A stretch of DNA of 64,000 nucleotides, from positions 1,210,864 to 1,274,863 of the forward strand of contig CAVRJM010000001.1 in NCBI GenBank assembly GCA_963722075.1. Reading direction: 5' to 3'. The stretch is from Candidatus Babeliales bacterium (GTDB taxonomy: Bacteria > Babelota > Babeliae > Babelales > JANWKD01). Position 1 is the first letter of the stretch; every line of letters starts with the position of its first letter. Position numbers and translations under genes: made by a program. The notes beneath the pieces are model-generated. The model was not told the origin of the DNA. It searched no databases and saw nothing but the letters and a program-made list of their open reading frames with translations. Shown piece after piece: positions 1 through 8,879 of this stretch.

Positions 1-145
1 TATTGATTTTCATTGTTGACTTCTTTTTTATTCATTGTTTAGATTATAAAAAAGGAAGAAATAATCGTGGTGGGCTTAGTTAAAAATATTTTTTTGCCAT
101 AAGCACCTGTAGCCCAACAAATCTTGAACTATTCAGGAGAGATTA

Positions 146-325
146 ATGAAGTGCAAAAAATGTTCTGGGCTTATGGTATTGCAATCATTTTTTGATCATT
201 TTTTAAATTTTGAAGGCTGGAAATGCCTTAATTGTGGCAAGGTGATTGCAAAAAAAGAAAAAACAATAGAATATGATGCTTTTAGTATTTTTTATCAACA
301 GCAAAAATGTAAAAACAAAAATTAA
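146..325 (+). CDS. small zinc-ribbon protein (59 aa), hypothetical
   Basis: Below the ORF-track cutoff and read by eye. ATG is preceded by AGGAGA. Two CxxC pairs (CKKC...CLNC) are present. TAA lies just upstream of the tsaB-like gene. Confidence 0.4.
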   Translation: MKCKKCSGLMVLQSFFDHFLNFEGWKCLNCGKVIAKKEKTIEYDAFSIFYQQQKCKNKN

Positions 326-337
326 TTAAATGACAAA

Positions 338-1012
338 ATGCCTTATTTTTTAACGCTACAAGCACATTATACTAATTTTGAAGTGGGGATATTCTCCGAT
401 AATACCCTGCTAAGCTATTATACTGATGATAAAAAATATGCAAGTCGTGATTTAGTTCCTATCATTCAATCTATTCTTACAAAAAATAAAATCAATGTTA
501 CGGATCTTGATGGTATTATCGTTAATAAGGGTCCAGCGCCCTTTACGAGTTTGCGGGTGATTATTACCACTGCTAATGGTCTTTCATTTGCAGATAATGT
601 TCCCTTAATTGGTGTTAATGGGCTGGAAGCATTATTGCTAGAGCATAAAAACCTTGCATGGCCTATTACCGTGGCTTTATTAAATGCATTTAATAATGAT
701 GTTTATTATGGAATAGATGCTCACGATGCAATTGAAATAGGTTGTGAAAATGGCGAGCATTTTTTATTAGCGCTTAAAGAGCGCTATAAAAATAGGTCTA
801 TTCGATTTATTGGTAATGGTGCCCAATTATTTATCCAGCAAATAAAAGCGACATTTGGTACACAAGCCTTTATACAAGAACCATTCGTTGATGCGCCTTC
901 GCTTCAAATAATAACGCACAAAGGAATCGAGATGTTTGAACAAAAACAGTATATCCAATCTCCATTACTTCCACTTTATTTAAAAAATATCCGCTATACG
1001 CCCGCTATTTAA
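338..1012 (+). CDS. tsaB: tRNA threonylcarbamoyladenosine biosynthesis protein TsaB (YeaZ-like)
   Basis: 224 aa. The motif DLDGIIVNKGPAPFTSLRVIITTANGLSFADNVPLIGVNGLEAL matches the TsaB/YeaZ core (GPGSFTGLRIG...P..gV..Leal). Confidence 0.75.
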   Translation: MPYFLTLQAHYTNFEVGIFSDNTLLSYYTDDKKYASRDLVPIIQSILTKNKINVTDLDGIIVNKGPAPFTSLRVIITTANGLSFADNVPLIGVNGLEALLLEHKNLAWPITVALLNAFNNDVYYGIDAHDAIEIGCENGEHFLLALKERYKNRSIRFIGNGAQLFIQQIKATFGTQAFIQEPFVDAPSLQIITHKGIEMFEQKQYIQSPLLPLYLKNIRYTPAI

Positions 1013-1343
1013 GTTCAATATCCCCATAGATATCAGATGTTCCATACATATGTGAAAAACCAGCGATCTCTTTTTCACGTGCTGATAGCATGCTTTCATC
1101 TGTTTGATTAATTGGTTGCTGTGTTTGTTGTTCGGTATCTGATGGTTGAGTAATAGGTCGTATTCTCATGGAGCCAGGCGTTGTCACTAATGCATGTGCC
1201 GGTGCATGTTGCGTTGATACTGATGGATGATCATATGTTTTAAGAATTCTTATATAAGAAGGGTTTGCTGTTCGATCGCCTAAAATAGTGGCATCTACTG
1301 AAAAAAATAATGATAAGAATATTAGAAAATAACTATATTTCAT
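1005..1343 (-). CDS. secreted hypothetical protein
   Basis: 112 aa with a Sec-like N-terminus (MKYSYFLIFLSLFFSVDA). No domain recognised. Confidence 0.5.
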   Translation of the reverse strand: MKYSYFLIFLSLFFSVDATILGDRTANPSYIRILKTYDHPSVSTQHAPAHALVTTPGSMRIRPITQPSDTEQQTQQPINQTDESMLSAREKEIAGFSHMYGTSDIYGDIELK

Positions 1344-1460
1344 ACATAACCCCTTCTGTCTATAGTATGATTATATCAAATAGAATTAACGCATTTCAAT
1401 TATTTTTTAATTGATTTCTGGGTGTATATTTTTGTACACTGTAAAAGAAGGAGTTAGATC

Positions 1461-1733
1461 ATGAAAAAAATAGAAAAAAATAAAAGAAAAGCTAAAAAAG
1501 AAGTTCATAAAGAGCAAAAAATTACCCAAGCGCAAATGAAGGAAAAACTGGATAGTAAATGGGAAGAATTGATGCATTCTCCACAACAAAAAAAATTATC
1601 TGCAGGGGCAGAAGCTATTTTTGAAATAAAAAGAACAAGAAACCATTGGGGTAACAAGCAATTATGGGGCTATAAAGATAAAGGCCGGCACAAGCCAGGC
1701 CATGCAACACCTAAGGTAAAGAAAAAGAAATAA
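1461..1733 (+). CDS. small lysine-rich basic protein, hypothetical
   Basis: 90 aa. AAGGAG lies 8 nt upstream of the ATG. The stop abuts the start of the next gene (1735). The antisense ORF 1407..1589 is judged spurious. Confidence 0.5.
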   Translation: MKKIEKNKRKAKKEVHKEQKITQAQMKEKLDSKWEELMHSPQQKKLSAGAEAIFEIKRTRNHWGNKQLWGYKDKGRHKPGHATPKVKKKK

Positions 1734-1734
1734 T

Positions 1735-2763
1735 ATGAATTATGTTCGTATGGGTTTCCTGCTGATTGCCATAATGGTATGTGCGGGTACGTTCGCTGCT
1801 GATGTCACGATCGGCTTTATGGGCGATGTAATGGTTGGTCGTGCAGTAAATCAGTTATTGGTACAATCGAAAAATTATAATAAGATATGGGGCAATTTAT
1901 TGCCCCTATTGAAATCTACAGATTTCAATATTGCAAATCTTGAAACAACATTTTCAAAGAATGGGATAAAAGTACCTAAAGCATTTAATTTTCAATCTGA
2001 TCCAGCCAATGTAGAGACATTGCTTGCTGCAAATATAAAAATAGTAAATACCGCTAATAACCACATTCTTGATTATGGGGTAAAAGGATTAAAGGAAACG
2101 ATAAAAACGCTTGATAATGCTTATATAAAACATGTTGGTGTTGGACTTACTTTAAAGCAATCACAATATCCCGTTTACTTAAGTAAAAAAGGGTTAAATA
2201 TTGCAGTTCTTGGCTTTACCGATAATGAACCCGGTTGGGCTGCACAAGCTCATAAAGCTGGTATTAATTATATTTCAATTGACCCAAAAAAAATTGAAAC
2301 TATTAAATCTCTTCTAGAAAGCACCAAGAAAAAAGTTGATTTTCTTATCGTTTCTTTACATTGGGGCGGCAATTGGGAAGAGCGGCCCTCCAGGGATTTT
2401 CAAAAATTTGCGCATCTGCTTTTAGATAATGGTGTAGATCTTGTTCATGGGCATAGTGCACATATTTTTCAGGGTATAGAAATTTATAAAAATAAGCTCA
2501 TTATGTATAGTACTGGCGATTTTATAGATGATTATGCAGTAGATCTTATAGCAAAAAATAATCAGTCATTCTTTTTCTTGGTAACTATTGACGCTAAAGG
2601 CCTTAAAGAGCTTCGGTTGATCCCAACTACTATTACTAATATGCAGGTAAATGAAGCATCAACCGCTGATGGAAGAGCCAGTTTGCGGGCAATTAAGGAT
2701 CTTTCTGAGGAATTAGGAACGTTTATCCCTGCCAATGGGATTTGGCATCGAATGGAAGAATAA
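1735..2763 (+). CDS. CapA-family (PGA_cap) metallophosphoesterase-like protein
   Basis: 342 aa with a signal-like N-terminus. Motifs GFMGDVMVGR, IANLETTF, NTANNHILDYG, VSLHWGGNWE and HGHSAHIFQGIE...YSTGDFIDDY are typical of CapA/PGA_cap. Confidence 0.8.
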   Translation: MNYVRMGFLLIAIMVCAGTFAADVTIGFMGDVMVGRAVNQLLVQSKNYNKIWGNLLPLLKSTDFNIANLETTFSKNGIKVPKAFNFQSDPANVETLLAANIKIVNTANNHILDYGVKGLKETIKTLDNAYIKHVGVGLTLKQSQYPVYLSKKGLNIAVLGFTDNEPGWAAQAHKAGINYISIDPKKIETIKSLLESTKKKVDFLIVSLHWGGNWEERPSRDFQKFAHLLLDNGVDLVHGHSAHIFQGIEIYKNKLIMYSTGDFIDDYAVDLIAKNNQSFFFLVTIDAKGLKELRLIPTTITNMQVNEASTADGRASLRAIKDLSEELGTFIPANGIWHRMEE

Positions 2764-2852
2764 ATAATTGACAATTAATAATAAATATAATCATTATAGT
2801 AATAAGTAGTGATTTTCAACCGTTTTTATTAATTTATTTAAGGAGTGGCCAT

Positions 2853-3002
2853 ATGGCTTCTTACTATTCAGTCCCTTTGACAAGTATTACCAGTCTATCT
2901 GGTGGTAATACTGTATTTATTCTTTTTATTTCACTTTCAGTAATAATCATTTCTATCGTACTATTCAGTTCAGTAATCAATTCTTGGTGGCCTTGCGCCT
3001 AA
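2853..3002 (+). CDS. small (49 aa) single-pass membrane peptide, hypothetical
   Basis: Read by eye. AAGGAG lies 7 nt upstream of the ATG. It has a hydrophobic core (VFILFISLSVIIISIVLF). There is no homology evidence. Confidence 0.3.
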   Translation: MASYYSVPLTSITSLSGGNTVFILFISLSVIIISIVLFSSVINSWWPCA

Positions 3003-3137
3003 AATTTACCATTTATAACTAATTGCCTTTAAGCAATTTTTGCATTAATATATTCATGGATATATTTGTACGTTGCATTATTTAGGCTATGTAAAAAAAT
3101 GATACAGGTCTTAAAGAAGTTGCTTTTTCAATAACTC

Positions 3138-3575
3138 TTATTTTTTCAGTGCAAGCCAAGTGAAAAGAGCAATTAAGCTAGCGCCGCCGACTCCCAACCC
3201 GGTAGCAATTTGCACTTTTTTATTTTTATAAAATGGCAGTATCTGTCCGCTGTTGCCAGGAGCAACATTATTCGTGTGTGATGTAGGATTTTTTAAATAT
3301 TCTTGAGACTCGATTGATGGTGCTTCTTGATCTGCTGGTGGCGTTAACAGTTGTTGCAAGGTAGAATGATCAGCTGAATTGCTCATGGGAAATTGTGGCT
3401 GATTAATTTTTGGCGAAGGAAGTACCTCAGGTGCTGGTATATTAGTATCTACTTTGTGCCATTCAAGTGAGTCTGTTAATTTCTCGAGTTCTTTTTGTTT
3501 ATCTTGCTCCATTGCAAACATAGACAATGGTAAAAATAGAGCAAAACCGGTTAAAAATTTAGTAAGCATGTTCAT
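3138..3575 (-). CDS. secreted Pro/Gln-rich protein with C-terminal membrane anchor, hypothetical
   Basis: The ORF track gives 3138..3653. The internal ATG at 3575 (MNMLTKFLTGFALFLPLSMFA) has AAGGAG upstream and begins a signal peptide. The C-terminus GLGVGGASLIALFTWLALKK looks transmembrane. Confidence 0.55.
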   Translation of the reverse strand: MNMLTKFLTGFALFLPLSMFAMEQDKQKELEKLTDSLEWHKVDTNIPAPEVLPSPKINQPQFPMSNSADHSTLQQLLTPPADQEAPSIESQEYLKNPTSHTNNVAPGNSGQILPFYKNKKVQIATGLGVGGASLIALFTWLALKK

Positions 3576-3739
3576 AATTAATAACTCCTTTATCAAATAA
3601 TTATGATATTTTTTTCCAAGTATATGCACACAAAGCAATAAAAGGCAAGACAAGATATTATTGCTGGCTTGGATAGAGAAATGTTATACTGATTAAAAAG
3701 GGCTATTTATTGCTATTTTTATTATAAAATGGAGAGGTT

Positions 3740-4408
3740 ATGAAGTCTATTAAAATTATGTTTTTTCTTAGTTCGGTTTTTCTAATAATATCATTGCAAT
3801 CTAATGGTTTAAAAACTCCCGATGATTTCTTGTTTTTTGCCATTAAACAGTTTGGGCCAAGTTGGGATTCTTCTCCGGCTGTTAGAGAGCAATTAGAAAA
3901 AGGTGCCAACCCTAATGCTCAAAAGAAGGGCAAAACGGCGATTATGCAGGTAATTGAAGAAAAGTATGCCGGGAAAAACCGTATTAAACCATTGCTATTA
4001 TTATTAGAACGTACAAATAATGTTGACTTTGTTGCTGATAATGGGATGACTGCGCTTACCTTTGCGGCATCATTAGGTGACGATGATATGGTTAATGTAT
4101 TATTAGAAAATGGTGCTAATCGTTATAAGAAAGATGCCTACGGCATGGATTATCTCGATTATATTGTGGAAAATGAGATCTATGAAAATAAACCAAATGA
4201 GCTAAAAGCAATTAGAATAGAACGAGAAAAAAATCTTTTAAATAAAGAATTATCAGAGTTTGAGGTTATTCGTTTGCGCCATGAAATTGAAGAAGAAGAA
4301 TATGAGCGGCGCGAACAAAAAGAATGGGAAAAAGTTAGAGAGCTTGATAAAATTATACGAAAAGAATTAAGAGAACTTGAAGAAGGGTGGGAGTTGGTAG
4401 AGGAATAA
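3740..4408 (+). CDS. secreted ankyrin-repeat protein with Glu-rich coiled-coil tail (paralog 1)
   Basis: It has a signal-like N-terminus. ANK motifs include NGMTALTFAASLGDDDMVNVLLENGAN. The tail ends ...ELEEGWELVEE. The stop overlaps the photolyase ATG (TAATG). Confidence 0.8.
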   Translation: MKSIKIMFFLSSVFLIISLQSNGLKTPDDFLFFAIKQFGPSWDSSPAVREQLEKGANPNAQKKGKTAIMQVIEEKYAGKNRIKPLLLLLERTNNVDFVADNGMTALTFAASLGDDDMVNVLLENGANRYKKDAYGMDYLDYIVENEIYENKPNELKAIRIEREKNLLNKELSEFEVIRLRHEIEEEEYERREQKEWEKVRELDKIIRKELRELEEGWELVEE

Positions 4409-5766
4409 TGTATAAAAAAAGCTTATTTATCTTTCGTCGAGATTTGCGCTTAGAAGATAATATTGGCTTAAATGAAGCATTACGAAATTCAGCCCATGTT
4501 ATTCCTTGTTTCATTTTTGATCTACGCCAATTATCACCGGATAATGAATTCCGTTCATTACGTGCTATTACCTTTATGATAGAATCTTTGCTTGATTTAC
4601 AAAAACAACTTAAACACGTCAATGGAAAGCTTTATTTTTTTTCGGGTATTGCTGAAGAAGTAGTAAAGAAAATAATAAAACAAGAGTCAATAGAAGCGGT
4701 ATATTTTAATCGTGATTATACGCCATTCAGTATAAAGCGTGACGAAGCAATAAAAAAAGCGTGTATTCAAAATAATGTTGATTTTTTTATATGTGACGAT
4801 GCGCTTTTAAATCCACCTGAATCAATAAAAACGCAAAAAAATGAACCGTTTTCAAAATTTACTCCGTATTATAAAAAAGCACTACTGTATTCCGTTGATA
4901 AACCTGCTTTTTTAGCAGGTGCTCATTTCTATCACAAACCCATAAACGATACGCTTTCAGGTAATATAGACCCATTAATAGAAATTAAAAATGAGGTCAT
5001 TAAGGGCGGCTCTAAAGAAGCAGCAAAGATTTTACGATCATTAAAGAAATTTAAAAATTATGCGCATGAACATGATTTTCCTTCAATTGCTACCACCCAT
5101 CTTTCAGCGCATAATAAATTTGGCACCGTTTCAATTAGGACTGTTTATCATGCAATAAAAAAGCAACTAGGAGCAGGGCATCCGCTGCTACGTCAATTAT
5201 ATTGGCGCGACTTTTTTACCTATGTTGCCTATCATTCTCCCTTTGTTTTTGGTGAGTCATTTTATAAAAAATATGAAAAGTTGTGGTGGAGTGATAATAA
5301 AAAATTATTTACATTGTGGTGCGAAGGCAAAACAGGATTCCCTATTGTTGATGCAGGAATGAGAGAATTAAATCAAACAGGGTTTATGCATAATAGGGTG
5401 CGATTGCTAGTTGCATCATTCTTAGTAAAGGATTTGCATATAAACTGGCTCTGGGGAGAACGCTATTTTGCCCAACATTTAATTGATTATGATCCAGCCG
5501 TAAATAATGGTAATTGGCAATGGTGTGCTTCTACTGGGTGTGATGCGCAGCCCTATTTTAGAATATTTAATCCCTGGTTACAGCAAAAAAAATTTGATGC
5601 TGAATGTGTATATATTAAAAAATGGATACCTGAACTCAAAGATGTAGAGAACGCTACTATTCATACCTGGTATGCGCAAAAGCAATCGATCAACAATTAT
5701 CCATTACCAATTGTAGATCATGCTTATGAGAGCAAAATAGCTAAAAAACTCTTTAAAAACCTCTAA
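4408..5766 (+). CDS. phrB: deoxyribodipyrimidine photolyase (class I CPD photolyase/cryptochrome family)
   Basis: LFIFRRDLRLEDN at the N-terminus; the FAD-binding region reads WRDFF..., GFPIVDAGMRELNQTGFMHNRVRLLVASFLVKDL, DYDPAVNNGNWQW. The start is placed at the internal ATG 4408 rather than the track's GTG 4387. Confidence 0.9.
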   Translation: MYKKSLFIFRRDLRLEDNIGLNEALRNSAHVIPCFIFDLRQLSPDNEFRSLRAITFMIESLLDLQKQLKHVNGKLYFFSGIAEEVVKKIIKQESIEAVYFNRDYTPFSIKRDEAIKKACIQNNVDFFICDDALLNPPESIKTQKNEPFSKFTPYYKKALLYSVDKPAFLAGAHFYHKPINDTLSGNIDPLIEIKNEVIKGGSKEAAKILRSLKKFKNYAHEHDFPSIATTHLSAHNKFGTVSIRTVYHAIKKQLGAGHPLLRQLYWRDFFTYVAYHSPFVFGESFYKKYEKLWWSDNKKLFTLWCEGKTGFPIVDAGMRELNQTGFMHNRVRLLVASFLVKDLHINWLWGERYFAQHLIDYDPAVNNGNWQWCASTGCDAQPYFRIFNPWLQQKKFDAECVYIKKWIPELKDVENATIHTWYAQKQSINNYPLPIVDHAYESKIAKKLFKNL

Positions 5767-5830
5767 TATTGCAATTTGAAACTATAAAATAGTATAATTA
5801 TAGTAGCTATTTATCTGAAAAGGAGTTATT

Positions 5831-6448
5831 ATGAATAAAAAATCACCTATTATAACCTTTCTTTTATCAACTGTTTTATTTTCTTTAGAAGCAAATCATA
5901 ATATTGAAAAATATATTCCAAAGATTGCTGAGCAAATTAACGCTCTAGAGTTTTATCACCCAAAAGTTCAAGGATGGACGCCTTTTGAGCAGATAAGTTT
6001 ATTTTTACACCAAGCAGGTTTTAAACAAGAAAAACCAAACCCAAATATTCAAATTGATGGAAAAACTCTTTTGATGTATTTCATGGAAAAAGTAACAGGA
6101 AATCGTATCGAAGCGCTTAAACGTTTATTAAAAGTTTTAAATAATTATATGATGGATATAAATGTAATTGCTGATAATGGGATGACAGCACTTACATTTG
6201 CTGCCTCAAGAAATGATAATGAAATGGTAGAAGGATTAATCACGTATGGCAAAGCTGATGTTAATCAGCCTGATGCATTTGGCAAAACATATAGGGATTA
6301 TTTAATAGAAAATGAAATAAAAAGAAAAGAAAAAGTGGAAGAGGAATTGCGAAGGGAATTTGAGTTTATTCGTACCAAAGAAGAATTGGAAGAAGAGCGG
6401 GAAAAAGAATTAGAAAAAGAACTTGAAGAATGGGAAATAATTGGTTAA
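5831..6448 (+). CDS. secreted ankyrin-repeat protein with Glu-rich tail (paralog 2)
   Basis: It has a signal-like N-terminus. NGMTALTFAASRNDNEMVEGLITYGKADVN is nearly the same ANK as in 3740..4408. The tail ends ...ELEEWEIIG. Confidence 0.8.
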   Translation: MNKKSPIITFLLSTVLFSLEANHNIEKYIPKIAEQINALEFYHPKVQGWTPFEQISLFLHQAGFKQEKPNPNIQIDGKTLLMYFMEKVTGNRIEALKRLLKVLNNYMMDINVIADNGMTALTFAASRNDNEMVEGLITYGKADVNQPDAFGKTYRDYLIENEIKRKEKVEEELRREFEFIRTKEELEEEREKELEKELEEWEIIG

Positions 6449-6473
6449 CCAATTACTATAAATGGAGTGTTGT

Positions 6474-7031
6474 ATGAAAATTAATAAATTATTTTTATTG
6501 GTATCGATGAGTTTTATTGCAAATTTATTTTGTTCATATTCTTTACGCCAAGATATTCCAAACAAAGCATTATTTGATGCTATTGAAAATGCGAATGTTA
6601 ACGCGGTGAGAGTATTGTTAGCAGAAAAAAGAATTAATCCAAATATACCATATCAAGGGAAATCTGCGCTTATTAAAGCAATTACGTTATCAGATCCTAA
6701 TGCAAAAGCAATTGTGGAATTGCTCCTAAAGCATGATGCTAATCCCGATTACATTGATGATTCGGGAATGACTCCTTTAGTAGCTGCTAAATATGTTAAT
6801 AAGCCGGATATTGTTTTGCTGCTATTGCAATATGGGGCTCGGGTAACCACTGATAAAACATTACGTGAAGAGAAAAAGCCTAAAATTACCTGTCCGTATG
6901 AAAAAGGCCTTAAGAAATTAGAAAAAGAATTTTATATGGTGCCTGAAGAGCCTAAAAAAGAAGAAGAGGAATGGACGGTAATCGAAAGCCCTAAATCTGC
7001 ATGGGAGACATTAAAGCGCTGGCTCTATTAA
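6474..7031 (+). CDS. secreted ankyrin-repeat protein with acidic tail (paralog 3)
   Basis: ANK motifs include AVRVLLAEKRINPN, ELLLKHDANPD and SGMTPLVAAKYVNKPDIVLLLLQYGA. The tail reads KKEEEEWTVIESPKSAWETL. The start is moved to ATG 6474 (GGAG upstream; MKINKLFLLVSMSF looks like a signal). Confidence 0.8.
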   Translation: MKINKLFLLVSMSFIANLFCSYSLRQDIPNKALFDAIENANVNAVRVLLAEKRINPNIPYQGKSALIKAITLSDPNAKAIVELLLKHDANPDYIDDSGMTPLVAAKYVNKPDIVLLLLQYGARVTTDKTLREEKKPKITCPYEKGLKKLEKEFYMVPEEPKKEEEEWTVIESPKSAWETLKRWLY

Positions 7032-7034
7032 AAA

Positions 7035-7063
7035 TTGACAAATAAGATAAAAAATTATATGAT
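7035..7063 (+). promoter_or_regulatory. putative sigma70-like promoter of ssrA (TTGACA-N17-TATGAT)
   Basis: The hexamers were read from the sequence about 30 nt upstream of the tmRNA 5' end. AT-rich background makes chance matches likely. Confidence 0.3.
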
Positions 7064-7092
7064 TATTGTTACTAAGAATCTTTGAAATATTT

Positions 7093-7517
7093 GGGGGCGT
7101 ACTGGCTTCGACGTGGTATCGATAGGTTAAAGAGCATGCCAAGTTTTGACTGAAAACTTGTAAAAGAATTGGTCGAAATATAAATGCAAACACTGTTAAA
7201 AGTGATGTTCCTGCAGCTTTATTTGGTTCAATCCAAAATTCAGTATTTGGTGCTCAAGCAGCAGCTTGTGCTTAATTACTGAATAGTTCAGGACACTTGT
7301 TAGCATAACGTGCTTATCAGCGGTGCTAACACGTATTACAAGAGATAAGACTTTCTCGCGTAGATTACATAATTTTGTAGCGAGAAAAAACACTAAATTA
7401 TCCTTACTTTCTATCTGTGTTTTCGAGGTGAAGTAACGGTATATTCGAAAACTGAGCATGGAGTACTTTAAGCTTGACATATTGCGGACATGGGTTCGAT
7501 TCCCATCGCCTCCACCA
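7093..7517 (+). ncRNA. ssrA: tmRNA (SsrA), one-piece
   Basis: The 5' end GGGGGCGTACTGGCTTCGACG pairs with the 3' end ...GGTTCGATTCCCATCGCCTCCACCA (acceptor stem, T-arm and CCA). An internal frame from GCA 7186 to TAA 7273-7275 encodes ANTVKSDVPAALFGSIQNSVFGAQAAACA. The resume codon is uncertain. Confidence 0.85.
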
Positions 7518-7564
7518 GTCTTCGCCCTTCGGGCTACGCCTGGCACGGCCAGTTTCTTTAGCGG

Positions 7565-8671
7565 CTAATAATTATGATCCAATACATCAATATATGGCTT
7601 AAACTTAAATAAACGGCCTCTTTTTTGTTGCGTTTCTTCTACTAAGATCCCATTTGCCATAAAATCAGTAATAATTTTATGAGCCGTATTATACGAAGTA
7701 TTGAGCTGCTTACTGAGTTCTTGAATATTAATAATCGGTATCCTAAAAAAAATTGATAATGCTTTTAACCGTGTACGCATGGTTGCGGTTGACTGTTTTT
7801 CTTGCGTAATTTGATCCCGCAGTGAGTGTTCTAATGAAGCGATATCTTTTGCGCGTCGGTGAGCATCAATGCTTGTTTCTTTGATAGCGGTTAAATAAAA
7901 AAGCACCCATCCTTCAAAATCGCCTTTGGTACGTACTTGATCAAGTCGTTGATAATACTCAAGTTGATTCTTTTTAAAATAATAAGAAAGATACAAAATG
8001 GGTTCATCAAGTAATTTGTTATCAATGAGCATAAGTGCGATTAATAATCTACCAATACGGCCATTGCCATCTAAAAAAGGGTGTATGGTTTCAAATTGAA
8101 CATGGGCAAGACCTGCTTTAATAAGCGGCATAGGTTCTTCGCTGTTAATATACTTTTCTAAATCGGTCATTAAATCTGGAATTAATTGTGGTGGTGGTGG
8201 AATTAGAGCGCCCACGCGTACTGGTTGTTTTCGATAATGACCTGGATTGGCTTTTTCGCCTTCTCCTTTCTCCATCAATGTTTTATGCGCAGCAAGAATT
8301 ACGCGCGAAGAAATAGGCAATCCCTCTTTTTTGACCATATCAACTGCTTTATAAATAGCGGTACAGTAGTTCATCACTAGTTGTGTATCCTTACCTGCCT
8401 TGCCGCCGCTTAATGGTTGAGTAAAAACATCTAAAAGCGTAGTGTGAATTCCTTCAATTGAAGAGGATAAAAGCGCTTCTTTAATGACATATGATTTGAT
8501 AAATCGCTTTGGATCGGGTAAACTATTAGTCATCTCGTTTAGTTTGCCCAATTGAAGCATCGCTTCTCCGTATGCATCTATGATTTTTTCATTTAGTAAT
8601 AATGGCGGTTCGTGGGGCGGTAATGAATCAGGTATAAAATAGCTATCTTCGTAATGGCCCGTTATACGCAT
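7565..8671 (-). CDS. Fic-family protein (AMPylase-type) with N-terminal inhibitory helix and C-terminal wHTH
   Basis: The Fic active-site motif HPFLDGNGRIGR is present. An inhibitory-type motif S-x-x-x-E-G (SSSIEGI) lies upstream of it. The C-terminus IQELSKQLNTSYNTAHKIITDFMANGIL is HTH-like. Confidence 0.9.
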   Translation of the reverse strand: MRITGHYEDSYFIPDSLPPHEPPLLLNEKIIDAYGEAMLQLGKLNEMTNSLPDPKRFIKSYVIKEALLSSSIEGIHTTLLDVFTQPLSGGKAGKDTQLVMNYCTAIYKAVDMVKKEGLPISSRVILAAHKTLMEKGEGEKANPGHYRKQPVRVGALIPPPPQLIPDLMTDLEKYINSEEPMPLIKAGLAHVQFETIHPFLDGNGRIGRLLIALMLIDNKLLDEPILYLSYYFKKNQLEYYQRLDQVRTKGDFEGWVLFYLTAIKETSIDAHRRAKDIASLEHSLRDQITQEKQSTATMRTRLKALSIFFRIPIINIQELSKQLNTSYNTAHKIITDFMANGILVEETQQKRGRLFKFKPYIDVLDHNY

Positions 8672-8879
8672 TTTTATCCCTTTTTACGGCATTTTGTTTC
8701 AATAAATAGTTCTTAATTGAAATAATCATTCAAATTGCTCTCTTTTATTTAATAAAATAATTATACAATGAAATAAAGAATACAAGAAGGTTGATTTTAT
8801 GCGACCAGAATTTCGGATAAATAATTGACTTTTAGAATTGTATAATTTACAATTAGAATATAAAAATATATTGAAATTA

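Noticed and set aside
7196-7546. 116-aa ORF, together with 7011..7193, on the minus strand.
   Set aside because: Both overlap the tmRNA gene. The translation is simply the complement of the tRNA-like and pseudoknot regions.
7518-8879. Classical integrase-mediated genomic island inserted in ssrA.
   Set aside because: There is no integrase. The duplicated segment is a 5' fragment rather than the 3' att-type repeat expected from site-specific integration. It is kept only as an unexplained duplication.
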